Assembly: GCA_963736845.1 (NCBI GenBank)
Contig: CAVTQL010000021.1
Location: forward strand, 36,030 to 100,029
From: an uncultured beta proteobacterium
GTDB lineage: Bacteria > Pseudomonadota > Gammaproteobacteria > Burkholderiales > Rhodocyclaceae
Reading direction: 5' to 3'
Length of the DNA stretch: 64,000 nt
Position 1 is the first letter of the stretch. Every line of letters begins with the position of its first letter. Shown piece after piece: positions 33,715-43,586 of the stretch. A program made the translations under genes and the position numbers. The notes below the pieces were generated by a model that worked only from the letters and a program-made list of their open reading frames with translations, had not been told where the DNA came from and searched no databases.

Positions 33715-36568
33715 CTAGTTCAGCTCCATCCAGCACTTCAGAATCGGGCGTGACGCCCGACCGGCGCTTGCAGCGGGCGCAGATAGTCGGTGACGACTTG
33801 CTTCTCGACCTTTTTCCGCAGCTCGGACAGCGTCTGGCGATCGATCGCGCAGTGGCGCGGCGGTGTCCGGCTCGGAGCGGATCAGGCTGGCGATGGCGCC
33901 CGGCTCGGTCGAGGACGCGGTTGCCGTCCAGGTCGTAGCACAGCCAGACGGTGAACCCGGCGCGTCGCTCCAGCGCGGCTGGCCGGTCTCGGTCGTCGAT
34001 CAGAGTCTGAGGTCGGGCCGCGGGATGCGGTAGCAGAAGAAGACGCGCTCGCGCTGCCGGGCTGCGGGCAGGCGCTGGCCGGAAAAGGCCTTGAGCGGGC
34101 AGGTTCGCCAGAGCGCGCCGCCAGCTCGGGATACTGCGTGCCACCAGCGCTGCGTACTCCAGGCGCAGCTGCTCGGCCTCGGAGAGCTGTGCCGTCGCAC
34201 TGCTCGTTGAGCTCCTTGATCGGGTCGAACTCGTCGTCCGGGGTCAGCAGCGTGCGGCCCTCGATGCCCAGGGTGCGGGAGATGACCAGCATCTTGTTGG
34301 TGACCCGCTGGAACAGGCGCAGCAGCTCGTCCAGTTCGTCCGGGCGGCAGGAAGTTCCAGAACGCCACCTTGCCGCGCAGTCCTTGCAGCTCGGGGTGGT
34401 CGGCCACGATGCGGGCCTCGACCTCGGGGTTCATGCGCCGGTCCACGCGGCCGATGCGCTGCATCAGGCGGACCGGGTTCCAGTGCAGGTCGTAGTTGAT
34501 CAGCCGCGTGGCGTCCTGCAGGTTGAGGCCTTCGGAGAGGACGTCGGTGCTGACCAGGACGCGGATCTCCTGCTTGCCCTGGGCGGCCAGCTCGGCCGAA
34601 GCTCAGGCCGTTGTAGTAGGGCGAAAAGCGGCGGATGACGTCGCTGCGCTGCTTCTGGCTGCTGCCGCCGTCGATGCGCTGCAAGCCCTCGAATGCCGGC
34701 CTGGCGCCAGCTGCTGCTCCAGGTAGCGGGCGGTGTCGGCGAACTCGGTAGAAGATGATGACCTTTTGGTTCTTGAGCACCGGGTCGGTCTTGAGCAGCT
34801 TGATCAGCGCCTTGAGCTTGTCGTCCTGCGCCGGCTTGACGTCGGCCAGCTACCGTGAGGAAGTCGGCGAGCTGATCCAGGTCGTCGAAGGTGTCGTCCA
34901 GGATGGCGTCGACGTCGAAATGGCCGGGATCGAGCTGCTTCGATCGGCGCTGAGCACGATCTTCGCTCGAGGAAATCCTCGACCTCGTCCTCGTCTGCTT
35001 CCTCGCGGCCAGAGCTCCTGCTGGTGGGCCTGGACGTAGCCGATCAGGCTCGGCGTTCTTGATCTTCCAGCGTTCCAGGCGGCGCTTGTCGTGCTCGGCT
35101 GCGGCGTGCACCGTGACCCAGGCCAGCAGCTTTCTGCAGCAGGCGCCAGCACGAGCCTTCAAAGGCTCGCGCGGAGCTCTCAAAGCGCTTCAGGAACAGG
35201 GTGCGGATGAGCATGACGACCTGTTTCTGGCGGCCTTCGTCGAAAGGACTTGTAGGCGGCTTCTCCTGTCGCCCTTCCAGTAGGCCAGGGGATAGTAGAT
35301 TCCCAGCACGAACGAGCGGTGCTTCTTTGTGGAACGCCGTGCGCACAGCTGTCCAGCAGCGTGCCGTAGGTGGACTTGAGGCTGTAGGCGACGACGCGCG
35401 GGTGCTTCGCGCTCCGGGAAGAGGCGCCTCGCTGCGCGTTCTGCAGGCGCTGGCTCTCCTTGACGTAAGCCCGGCTGCGCTGCACGACCAGGGCGTCGAA
35501 GACGCGGTCGGTGCGCAGAGGCTGCTCGGCCTCAAGAATCTCGATCACCGAATTCCAGTTCGAGCTGGTCGGATGCCGGCAGCCTTGCCGAGCAGGTCGC
35601 TTGTTCCAGCTGGAATGAAGTGCGCGCGCAGGCTGTGGATGCCCAGTTGTGAGGCAAACACGGTCGTCGGCTTGCCCGAACAGCTCGATCATGTGGCGGA
35701 AGTCGTGGACGGAGTTGTTGACCGGCGTGGCGGTGAGCAGAAACACCTGCTTGGGCCGCTCGCTGGATTGCAGGTAGTTGCTGCAACTGCCGGTAGCGCG
35801 ACGGCTCCTTGACGCCCTCGCCCTTGATGCCGGGGTTGCGGAAGTGGTGGGCTTCGTCGATGATGACCACGTCGGCGTCGCGCAGGGTCAGCTCGATGTC
35901 GCGCGGGCCATTGCCCCTTGCGCTGCAGGTCGGTGTGGTTGTAGATGTTCAGGTTGACGAAGCCGCTGAACACCTGCGGCAGGTAGCGCCTGAAGCGCGG
36001 GCTCCCAGACATCCTCGCGCGCCGCCTTGGGCGCGAAGAGCACGACCGGCTTGCCTTCCTTGACCACCAGCCGCTCGATGAGCATCAGGCCGACGTAGGT
36101 CTTGCCGAGGCCGACGCCGTCGCACAGGAACGCGCCGCCGAAGCGGTCGGCGATCTGACAGCAGATTGCGGTAGGCGTCCTGCTGGTACCGGTCAAGCAT
36201 CTGGAAGACGACGGATTGTCCTCGTCCCAGGCGTCGGGCGCCAGCTCGCGGCCGCGGAAGAACTCGTCGAGCGCCTTGAACCAGATCTCGAACGGGGTGT
36301 ATGCGCGGGTGTGGCGCTCGAGGGTCGCGCAGGATTCCGGGGGTGACGTCTTCGGCCTCCTCCCAGTGCTGCTCGTACCACTCCTGCAGCAGGCCGACCT
36401 CGGGGCCGCGGATCTGGACATTCAGTTCGACGTTGTCGACGAGGCCGGGGTAGGTGAAGTTGGAGGAGCCGACCAGGGCAAAGGAGCCAACGACCGCCGC
36501 GCGACCGTGGGTGAGGTAGGCTTTGGCGTGGAACTTGTCCTTGCGATAAACGCGGCATTGGATCTTGA
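33715..36568 (-). pseudogene. PLD(HKD)-nuclease / SNF2-family helicase fusion, 5'-truncated, many frame breaks
   Basis: Stitching the frames gives VKIQCRVYRKDKFHAKAYLTHGRAAVVGSFALVGSSNFT (HKD motif), FLCDGVGLGKTYVG (motif I), VVIIDEAHHFRN (motif II), FLLTATPVNNS (motif III), ..VLVSTDVLSEGLNLQDA.. and MQRIGRVDRRMN (motif VI), ending ..ILKCWMELN* at 33715-33717. About 100 aa expected upstream of the HKD motif are missing. Confidence 0.75.
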
Positions 36569-36970
36569 CCTGTGAATGGGCAGAGCAGGCCGATACCGCA
36601 GCCCTCGAAATCGCGGGTGTTGCGGGTGACCAGAGTCAGGTTGTGGCGCCTGGGCGGTGGCGGCGATGAGCATGTCAGGTTGGTCACGGATACGATCCCT
36701 TTGCGCGAGCAAGATCGCCGCGCATGCGGCCGGCGCGCTCGGCGATTTCTCTGGCGTAACACGGTAAAACGGTGTGGCTGCGCAGATAGTTATGAAGCCA
36801 GTTGGTGAGTTGAATCTCCGGACGGCGGGTGATGCCAAACCAGGAGTTCGTCAACGGTCATTGGCGCTAATGACGTTGATCGGACAACGTTTCCAGCCCA
36901 GGCAATGACGCCGGGATTTGGGCTTGCGGCGGGCGAGTTCGCTGACAATGTTGGTGTCGAGCAGAAAACT
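36566..36970 (-). pseudogene. vapC: PIN-domain toxin (VapC-like), >=5 frame breaks, no recognisable stop before the PLD remnant
   Basis: MSFLLDTNIVSELARRKP.. (ATG overlaps the antitoxin stop, ATGA) ..VTPEIAERAGRMRGDLARKG..DMLIAATAQAHNLTLVTRNTRDFEGCGIGLLCPF. Confidence 0.7.
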
Positions 36971-37282
36971 CATGCCTGCGTCTCCGGATACTCTTCTTCC
37001 AGCATTTGAACAAAGGCGTTGGGGCGGCCTATGCTGCTACGCGGCGGGAGTTCGAGTCCGTCTTCAAAGCCTGCATCAATCATCAACTGGCGCAACTGGC
37101 AAACTCTTCCCCAGCGTCTTTTGCTTGCGCTGTGATTCTTCCAGGCCTGGTATTCCGCCAGGTCGTCAGCCGCGATCATGGCCGCAACCGGCGTGTTGCG
37201 GTTGTAGATGATCTGTGGCTCGGCGGCGCCTGTTTGACGACATCCGAGAAGTGCTGTTTGGCTTGAGCGATGTTCCAGTTCA
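36970..37282 (-). CDS. Phd/YefM-type antitoxin, probable 1-nt deletion near 37228
   Basis: The ATG at 37282 (GGAGG upstream) gives MNWNIAQAKQHFSDVVKQA, then after the shift AAEPQIIYNRNTPVAAMIAADDLAEYQAWK... The ORF-track start at 37299 gives an out-of-frame N-terminus. Confidence 0.7.
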
Positions 37283-37295
37283 TGGGGGCCTCCGT

Positions 37296-37329
37296 TCATG
37301 TCTATATTGGATGTATATTATAGACATGA
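37296..37329. promoter_or_regulatory. 11-bp inverted repeat in an AT-rich patch just upstream of the antitoxin gene (candidate TA operator/promoter)
   Basis: tcatgtctata-ttggatgtatat-tatagacatga (arms 37296-37306 and 37319-37329). It overlaps the last codons of the extended gcvT ORF. Confidence 0.45.
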
Positions 37330-38440
37330 TTTGCGGATTCAAGTAGCCAACTCACTGCTTTGCCGTTGCGGGCGAATACGGGTTTGACGACCTTGGCCTT
37401 GAGCAGCTTGCCACGGATGTCAACGTCGACTTCGTCGCCGATGGCGACGCCGAGCGGTAGGCGGGCGAGGGCGATGGATTGCTGCAATGTCGGTGAGAAA
37501 CTACCTGAGGTAATTTCTCCATTACCATGTTTTGTAATGACAATCTGATGGCCACGCAGCACGCCCTTGGCGAGCAGGATCAACCCGAGAAACTGCTTCT
37601 GCTGGCCTGCTGCGGTCAACGCGGATTTGCCGACGAAATCGCGTTCGTCCTTCATGGCGACTGTCCAGGCGAGACCGGCGTCGAGCGGCGAAACCGTCTC
37701 GTCCATGTCCTGACCGTAAAGGTTCATGCCGGCTTCCAGGCGCAGTGTGTCGCGGGCGCCGAGGCCGCAGGGGGCGACGCCGGCGGCGTGCAGCTTGTTC
37801 CAAAGGGCTTCGGCTTCACGCGGCCGGGAGCATGATTTCATAGCCGTCTTCACCGGTGTAGCCGGTGCTGGCGATGAAGTATTGATCGACTTCGGCGGCG
37901 AAAAACGGCTTCAGGCCTTCGGTCGTGGCCTTGGCCTGCGGCAGCACTTGCCAGACCTTGGCGCGGGCGTTCGGGCCCTGCACGGCGATGATGCCGAGGG
38001 CGTTGTCGCCGTCACGGCGCTGGGTGATGGTGACGTCCATCGCCCATTCGGCGGCCTTGGCCTGCATCCAGGCCAGGTCCTTCAGCGCCGTGCCGGCATT
38101 GATGACGATGCGGAAGCGGGTGTCGGTCAGGAAATAGATGATCAGGTCGTCGATGACGCCGCCGGCTTCATTGAGCATGGCGGAATAGAGGGCCTTGCCG
38201 GAAACCGTGAGCTTGGCGACATCGTTGGCGACGAGGCGCGACAGGAATTTGCGGCAATCGGCGCCTGCCAGGTCGAACCGGGCACATGTGCGAGACGTCG
38301 AACATGCCGCAGTCGTTGCGCACGGCATGGTGCTCCTCGATCTGCGAGCCGTAGTTGACCGGCATGTCCCAGCCGCCGAAATCGACCATCCGGGCGCCGA
38401 GCGAGCGATGGGCGGCGTTCAAAACCGTTTTCTTCAGCAT
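37302..38440 (-). CDS. gcvT: glycine cleavage aminomethyltransferase GcvT, 2 frame breaks (near 38285 and 37830), atypical C-terminal extension
   Basis: [52 protein letters not shown].. The sequence continues in ORFs 37816-38328 and 37302-37853 and ends ..[27 protein letters not shown]. Confidence 0.92.
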
Positions 38441-38483
38441 ATCAATCCTTTGCAGACGTTTGCTAACGCCAATTCTGGAAACG

Positions 38484-38692
38484 AAAAGGGGTGAAACGAA
38501 AGATCGGATCTTGCGTTTCACCCCTCTGTCCTTGATACCTGAGAGATTTGCCCCATCGGTGGGTGTCGACCACAACAGTTGACACCGCTCTCCAGAGTTA
38601 CAGTGTAAGCCACTGATTCCGCGGTTCGTTTACCTGAGCGTTTGCGGGTGATTTGCGCCTTCGGCGGCAGCCGGAGCTGCGCTCTCCCACGG
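38484..38692 (-). promoter_or_regulatory. tandem glycine riboswitch with terminator-type expression platform
   Basis: On the minus strand, aptamer 1 is GGGAGAGCGCAGC..GCCGCCGAAGGCGCAA..CTCAGGTAAACGAACCGCGG. Aptamer 2 is CTCTGGAGAGCGG..CACCCACCGATGGGGCAAATCTCTCAGGTATCAAGGACAGAG. Then comes the hairpin GGGGTGAAACG...CGTTTCACCCC followed by TTTT (38484-38524). Confidence 0.88.
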
Positions 38693-38701
38693 AATGCAGG
38701 C

Positions 38702-38730
38702 ACTATAGCGGGATGCCGCGGTCTCATCAA
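38702..38730 (-). promoter_or_regulatory. sigma70-type promoter for the riboswitch-gcvT transcript
   Basis: The minus strand reads TTGATG-17 nt-TATAGT, about 10 nt upstream of riboswitch aptamer 1. Confidence 0.6.
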
Positions 38731-38807
38731 CCTGCCGCGTCGCGCGGTGGTTCCGGCGGGCGCCGGCCTTTCTGATAGACTAGTCGTTTGCCTTTTCGAA
38801 CCTGATC

Positions 38808-39649
38808 GTGTCCCCCGCCAACTTCGATTTTCACTGTCACTCGGCCGTTTCCGACGGCCTGCTGTCGCCGCAGGAACTGGCGCAGCGGGCGGCGGCGAAC
38901 GGGGTCGATCTGTGGGCGCTGACCGATCATGACGAACTCGGCGGGCTCGAGGAAGCGGGCGCGGCGGCGGCGGCGGCGGGGGTTCAGTTCGTCAGCGGCG
39001 TCGAGGTTTCAATCGGATGGAACGGGCTGTCGGTCCATATCGTCGGCCTCGGTTTCGATCCCGCTTTCCCGGCCTTGCGCGCCGGCCTCGAAGAACTTCG
39101 CAGCGGACGCGTGGCACGCGCCGGCCGGATGAGCGAAGCGCTCGCCGCCATCGGCATCCCCGGCGTCCTGCAAGGTGCCATGCGCTTCGTCCGCAACCCG
39201 CGCCTGATCTCGCGCGCCCATTTCGCCCGCTACCTGGCGATGATCGGCATCGCCAGCGACGTTCCCGGCGTCTTCCAGAATTACCTGACGCCCGGCAAGC
39301 CGGGCTATGTCGACCATCGCTGGCCGACGATCGAGGAGGCCGTCGGCTGGATCACCGGGGCCGGTGGCGTGGCGGTGGTGGCGCACCCGGGACGCTACAA
39401 GATGGCCGATGCCGCGACATGCGACGTTTCCTCGCCGAATTCAAGGATGTCGGCGGGCGGGCGATCGAGGTGGTCAGCGGCCGCCAGCCGCCCGAGCAGG
39501 CCATGAACTTCGCCAGGCTGGCGCGACATTACGACCTGCATGCCTCGCGCGGGTCGGACTTTCACGGGCCGCTCGAAAGCAGCATCGATCTCGGCTGTCT
39601 GCCGCCGCTGCCGGACGACGTCAAGCCGGTCTGGCAGTTGTTCCGCTGA
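38808..39649 (+). CDS. trpH: PHP-domain phosphoesterase (TrpH/YciV family), one frame break near 39415
   Basis: GTG start; SPANFDFHCHSAVSDGLLSPQELAQRAAANGVDLWALTDHD..VVAHPGRYK.. The C-terminal part is in ORF 39017-39649 (..IEVVSGRQ..HASRGSDFH..). Confidence 0.85.
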
Positions 39650-39651
39650 GC

Positions 39652-40311
39652 ATGGCCCGCTTCGTCAATATCCACCCGGATTCTCCGCAGCCGCGCCTGC
39701 TCGCGCAGGCGGCCGAGGTGATCCGCGCCGGCGGCATCGTCGCGCTGCCGACCGATTCCTGCTACGCCCTTGGCTGCCATCTCGGCGACAAGGCGGCGAT
39801 GGACCGCATCCGGCAGATCCGGCAGATCGACGAGCGCCACCACCTGACGCTGATGGTCCGCGATCTCTCGGAAATCGCGCATTTCGCCCGCGTGGACAAC
39901 GCGCAGTACCGGCTGCTCAAGGCGACGACGCCGGGCAGCTACACCTTTATCCTGGAAGGCACCAAGGAATTGCCGCGCCGGGTGATGCATCCCAAGCGCA
40001 AGACCATCGGCCTGCGCGTGCCGGACCATCCGGTGGTGCTGGCGCTGCTCGAGGAACTCGACGAGCCGCTGCTGACGACGACGCTGCAACTGCCGGGCGA
40101 CGAAGCGCCGCTGACGGAGGGCTGGGAGATCGTGGATCGCCTGGAGAACTGCGTGGACCTGATCCTCGATGCCGGACCCTGTGGCACCGAGCCGACGACG
40201 GTCATCGACCTGACCGGCCGGGTACCCGAACTGGTCCGTGCCGGGCGTGGCCCGCTGGCGCCGTTCGGGCTGGGTGACTGGACATGGATTTCGAAAGCCT
40301 GCTCCAGATGA
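39652..40311 (+). CDS. yciO: YrdC/Sua5-family threonylcarbamoyl-AMP synthase-like protein (YciO-like)
   Basis: MARFVNIHPDSPQPRLLAQAAEVIRAGGIVALPTDSCYALGC...PGSYTFIL... It follows trpH as yciO does in E. coli. The last ~9 codons overlap the next gene. Confidence 0.8.
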   Translation: MARFVNIHPDSPQPRLLAQAAEVIRAGGIVALPTDSCYALGCHLGDKAAMDRIRQIRQIDERHHLTLMVRDLSEIAHFARVDNAQYRLLKATTPGSYTFILEGTKELPRRVMHPKRKTIGLRVPDHPVVLALLEELDEPLLTTTLQLPGDEAPLTEGWEIVDRLENCVDLILDAGPCGTEPTTVIDLTGRVPELVRAGRGPLAPFGLGDWTWISKACSR

Positions 40312-40946
40312 TCGCCGTCGCCGCGCTGCCGGTGATTTTCGCGATCACCCTGCACGAGGCGGCGCACGGCTACGCCGCGCGCCACTTCGGCGACCCGACC
40401 GCCTGGCAGCTCGGGCGCATCAGCCTCAACCCGCTGCGCCACATCGACCCGGTCGGCACCGTTCTGATCCCGGCCGCGATTCTGCTGTTTTCCGGCGGCA
40501 GCTTCCTGTTCGGCTACGCCAAGCCGGTGCCGGTCGATTTCAGCCGCCTGCGCAACCCGAAGCAGGACATGTTCTGGGTCGCCGCCGCCGGCCCCGGCGC
40601 CAACCTGTTCATGGCCCTGGGCTGGGCGTTGCTGCTCAAGCTGGCCTGGCTGCTGCCGGCCAACTCAGTTCAGCGCTGCCGCTCGCGCGAGATGAGCAAG
40701 ATCGGCATCACCGTCAACTCGTGCTGATGGTCCTCAACCTGCTGCCGCTGCCACCGCTCGACGGCGGGCGCATCGCCGTCAGCCTGCTGCCGCATCGGCT
40801 GGCCTGGCAGTTCGCGCAGCTTGGAGCGCTGGGGCTTCCCGATTTTGCTGCTGCTGCTGTTCACCGGTATCCTCGGCGCCATTATGAATCCGCTGGTTGG
40901 ACTGACTTCCGCGCGGGTCATCGAATCGATTTTCGGTCTTTACTGA
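40284..40946 (+). CDS. site-2 (M50) family metalloprotease, 2 frame breaks (near 40665 and 40830)
   Basis: ..VIFAITLHEAAHGYAARHFGDPTA.. is the HExxH motif, followed by ..NLLPLPPLDGGRI.. The stop TGA is at 40944-40946. Confidence 0.8.
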
Positions 40947-40953
40947 GCTCACC

Positions 40954-42156
40954 ATGTACGCAGAACGAGTCCTTTCCGGCATGCGCCCGACCGGCGCGCT
41001 GCATCTCGGCCATTACCACGGCGTGCTCAAGAACTGGGTCAGGCTCCAGAACGAATACCCGTGCCTGTTCTTCGTCGCCGACTGGCATGCGCTGACTACC
41101 CAGTACGATGATCCGCAGGGCATCGAGCAGGCGAGCTGGGACATGGTGATCGACTGGCTGGCGGCCGGCGTCGATCCGAATCAGGCGACCCTGTTCATCC
41201 AGTCGCGCGTGCCGGAACATGCCGAATTGCATCTGCTGATGTCGATGATGACGCCGCTCGGCTGGCTGGAGCGCGTGCCGACCTACAAGGACCAGCAGGA
41301 AAAGCTGGCCGGCAAGGATTTGACGACCTACGGCTTCCTCGGCTACCCGCTGCTGATGAGCGCCGATATCCTGATCTACCGCGCCGACAAGGTGCCGGTC
41401 GGCGAGGACCAGATTCCGCACGTCGAATTCACCCGCGAACTGGCCCGTCGCTTCAACCACATGTACGGCCGCGAACCCGGTTTCGAGGACAAGGCGCGCG
41501 AAGCCGTCAAGAAGCTGGGCAGCAAGAAGGCCCGCCTCTACGACGAATGGCGTGTCCGCTTCCAGCAGAACGGCGACAAGGAAGCCGTCGAGCAGGCGAA
41601 GGCCATGCTCAACGAAATTCAGCATCTTTCCGCGGTCGACCGCGAAAGGCTGTTCGGTTTCCTCGAAGGCACCGGCAAGATGATCCTGGTCGAGCCGGGC
41701 TACCTGCTGACCGAGGAATCCAGGATGCCCGGTCTGGACGGCCAGAAGATGTCCAAGTCGTACAACAACACGATCACCCTGCGCGAATCCGAGGAATCGG
41801 TGGCCAGGAAGGTCAGGAGCATGCCGACCGACCCGGCCCGCGTCCGTCGCCACGATCCCGGCGACCCGGCCAAGTGCCCGGTCTGGCAACTCCACCAGGT
41901 TTATTCCGACGAATCGTGCCGGGATTGGGTGCAGCAGGGGTGCCGCACGGCCGGCATCGGCTGTCTCGACTGCAAGCAGCCGGTGATCGACGGCATCCTC
42001 GCCGAGCAGGCGCCGATGCGCGAGCGCGCCCGGCAATACCTGGAAGACCCGACGCTGGTTCGCAACATCATCGCCGACGGCTGCGACAAGGCACGCGAAC
42101 TGGCCCGCGAGACCATGCGCGACGTACGCGCGTCGATGGGGCTCGGCTACCTGTGA
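40954..42156 (+). CDS. trpS: tryptophan--tRNA ligase
   Basis: 400 aa with ..SGMRPTGALHLGHYHG.. (HIGH-type motif) and ..KMSKSYNN.. (KMSKS). Confidence 0.93.
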   Translation: MYAERVLSGMRPTGALHLGHYHGVLKNWVRLQNEYPCLFFVADWHALTTQYDDPQGIEQASWDMVIDWLAAGVDPNQATLFIQSRVPEHAELHLLMSMMTPLGWLERVPTYKDQQEKLAGKDLTTYGFLGYPLLMSADILIYRADKVPVGEDQIPHVEFTRELARRFNHMYGREPGFEDKAREAVKKLGSKKARLYDEWRVRFQQNGDKEAVEQAKAMLNEIQHLSAVDRERLFGFLEGTGKMILVEPGYLLTEESRMPGLDGQKMSKSYNNTITLRESEESVARKVRSMPTDPARVRRHDPGDPAKCPVWQLHQVYSDESCRDWVQQGCRTAGIGCLDCKQPVIDGILAEQAPMRERARQYLEDPTLVRNIIADGCDKARELARETMRDVRASMGLGYL

Positions 42157-42202
42157 TGCGCCGCTTGCCGCCGATCACCCGCGCGCCCGGCGGGGGCGCC
42201 CG

Positions 42203-43042
42203 ATGAACGCAGCGGTCGACGCGGCGGAGGCACTGGTGCCGACGCGGGTCGCCCGCGTCTATGGCGAGGCGATGGACGCCCTGCCGGCCGATCTCTACAT
42301 CCCGCCCGACGCGCTCGAGATCATGCTCGACGCCTTCGAGGGGCCGCTCGACCTGCTGCTCTACCTGATCCGCAAGGCCAACGTCGACATCCTCGACATC
42401 GCGATGGCGCCGCTGACCCGGCAATACCTCGACTACGTCGAGAGCATGCGCGCCAGCAACCTCGAACTGGCGGCCGAATACCTGGTGATGGCGGCGATGC
42501 TCATCGAGATCAAGTCGCGCATGCTGCTGCCGCGGCCGAAGCATGGCGACGCCGAGGGCGTCGAGGATCCGCGCGCCGAGCTGGTGCGCCGGCTGATGGA
42601 ATACGAACAGATGAAGATCGCCGGGCAGAGGCTGAACGAGATGCCGCAGGCCGAGCGCGAGTTCTTCTGGGTCGAGACGCTGGTCGAGAGGTCGCTTTAC
42701 GAGCGCCTGCCCGAAGTCTCCGCCGCCGACCTCAAGGATGCGTGGATGACGATCCTGCGCCAGGCCGGACTCAAGCAGCGCCACCGCATCGGGCGCGAGG
42801 AACTGTCGGTGCGCGAGCACATGGGCGTCATCCTGCGCGCCCTGCGCGAGCGCGGTGGCTTCGTCCAGTTCGAGACGCTGTTCGACCCGGCGATGGGTGT
42901 GCCGGGCGTCGTCGTGCATTTCCTCGCGCTGCTCGAGCTGGCCCGCGAGAAGCTGGTCGAATTCACCCAGGGCGAGCCATTCCAGCCCATTTACGTGAGA
43001 GTGCATCAAGGTGGAACCGAGCCTGGTCAAGAAAGTGCTTGA
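42203..43042 (+). CDS. scpA: segregation and condensation protein A
   Basis: 279 aa with ..[35 protein letters not shown].. Confidence 0.88.
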   Translation: MNAAVDAAEALVPTRVARVYGEAMDALPADLYIPPDALEIMLDAFEGPLDLLLYLIRKANVDILDIAMAPLTRQYLDYVESMRASNLELAAEYLVMAAMLIEIKSRMLLPRPKHGDAEGVEDPRAELVRRLMEYEQMKIAGQRLNEMPQAEREFFWVETLVERSLYERLPEVSAADLKDAWMTILRQAGLKQRHRIGREELSVREHMGVILRALRERGGFVQFETLFDPAMGVPGVVVHFLALLELAREKLVEFTQGEPFQPIYVRVHQGGTEPGQESA

Positions 43043-43586
43043 AGCGGCGCTGCTCGCCGCGCGCGAGCCGATGACGCCGCCCGAGCTGGCGAAGATGTTC
43101 GACGACGAAGTGGCGCCGGAGGTCCTGCGCAAGCTGCTCGACGAACTGCGCGAGGAATGGACCGAGCGGCCGGCGGAGCTGATCCAGCTCGCTTCCGGCT
43201 GGCGCTTCCGCACGCGTGCCGAATACCTGCCGTTCCTCGAACGGCTGAATCCGGAGAAGCCGCCGCGCTATTCGCGGGCGCTGCTGGAAACGCTGGCGAT
43301 CATCGCCTACCGCCAGCCGGTGACGCGCGGCGACATCGAGGACATCCGGGGCGTTGCGGTCAACACCAACATCATCAGGACGCTGGAGGAACGCGGCTGG
43401 ATCGACGTCGTCGGCCAGCGTGACACCCCGGGTCGCCCGTCGCTGCTGGCGACGACCAAGAAATTTCTCGACGATCTCGGCCTGCGCAGCGTCAGCGAAC
43501 TGCCGCCGCTCGAACAGATAAGCCAGACACTGGAGCTGCACCATGAAGACCAAACGCACGCCGTTTCGCCCGCCGTCCAGACCTGA
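43011..43586 (+). CDS. scpB: segregation and condensation protein B
   Basis: GTG start, 191 aa, with ..[24 protein letters not shown].. Confidence 0.85.
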   Translation: MEPSLVKKVLEAALLAAREPMTPPELAKMFDDEVAPEVLRKLLDELREEWTERPAELIQLASGWRFRTRAEYLPFLERLNPEKPPRYSRALLETLAIIAYRQPVTRGDIEDIRGVAVNTNIIRTLEERGWIDVVGQRDTPGRPSLLATTKKFLDDLGLRSVSELPPLEQISQTLELHHEDQTHAVSPAVQT

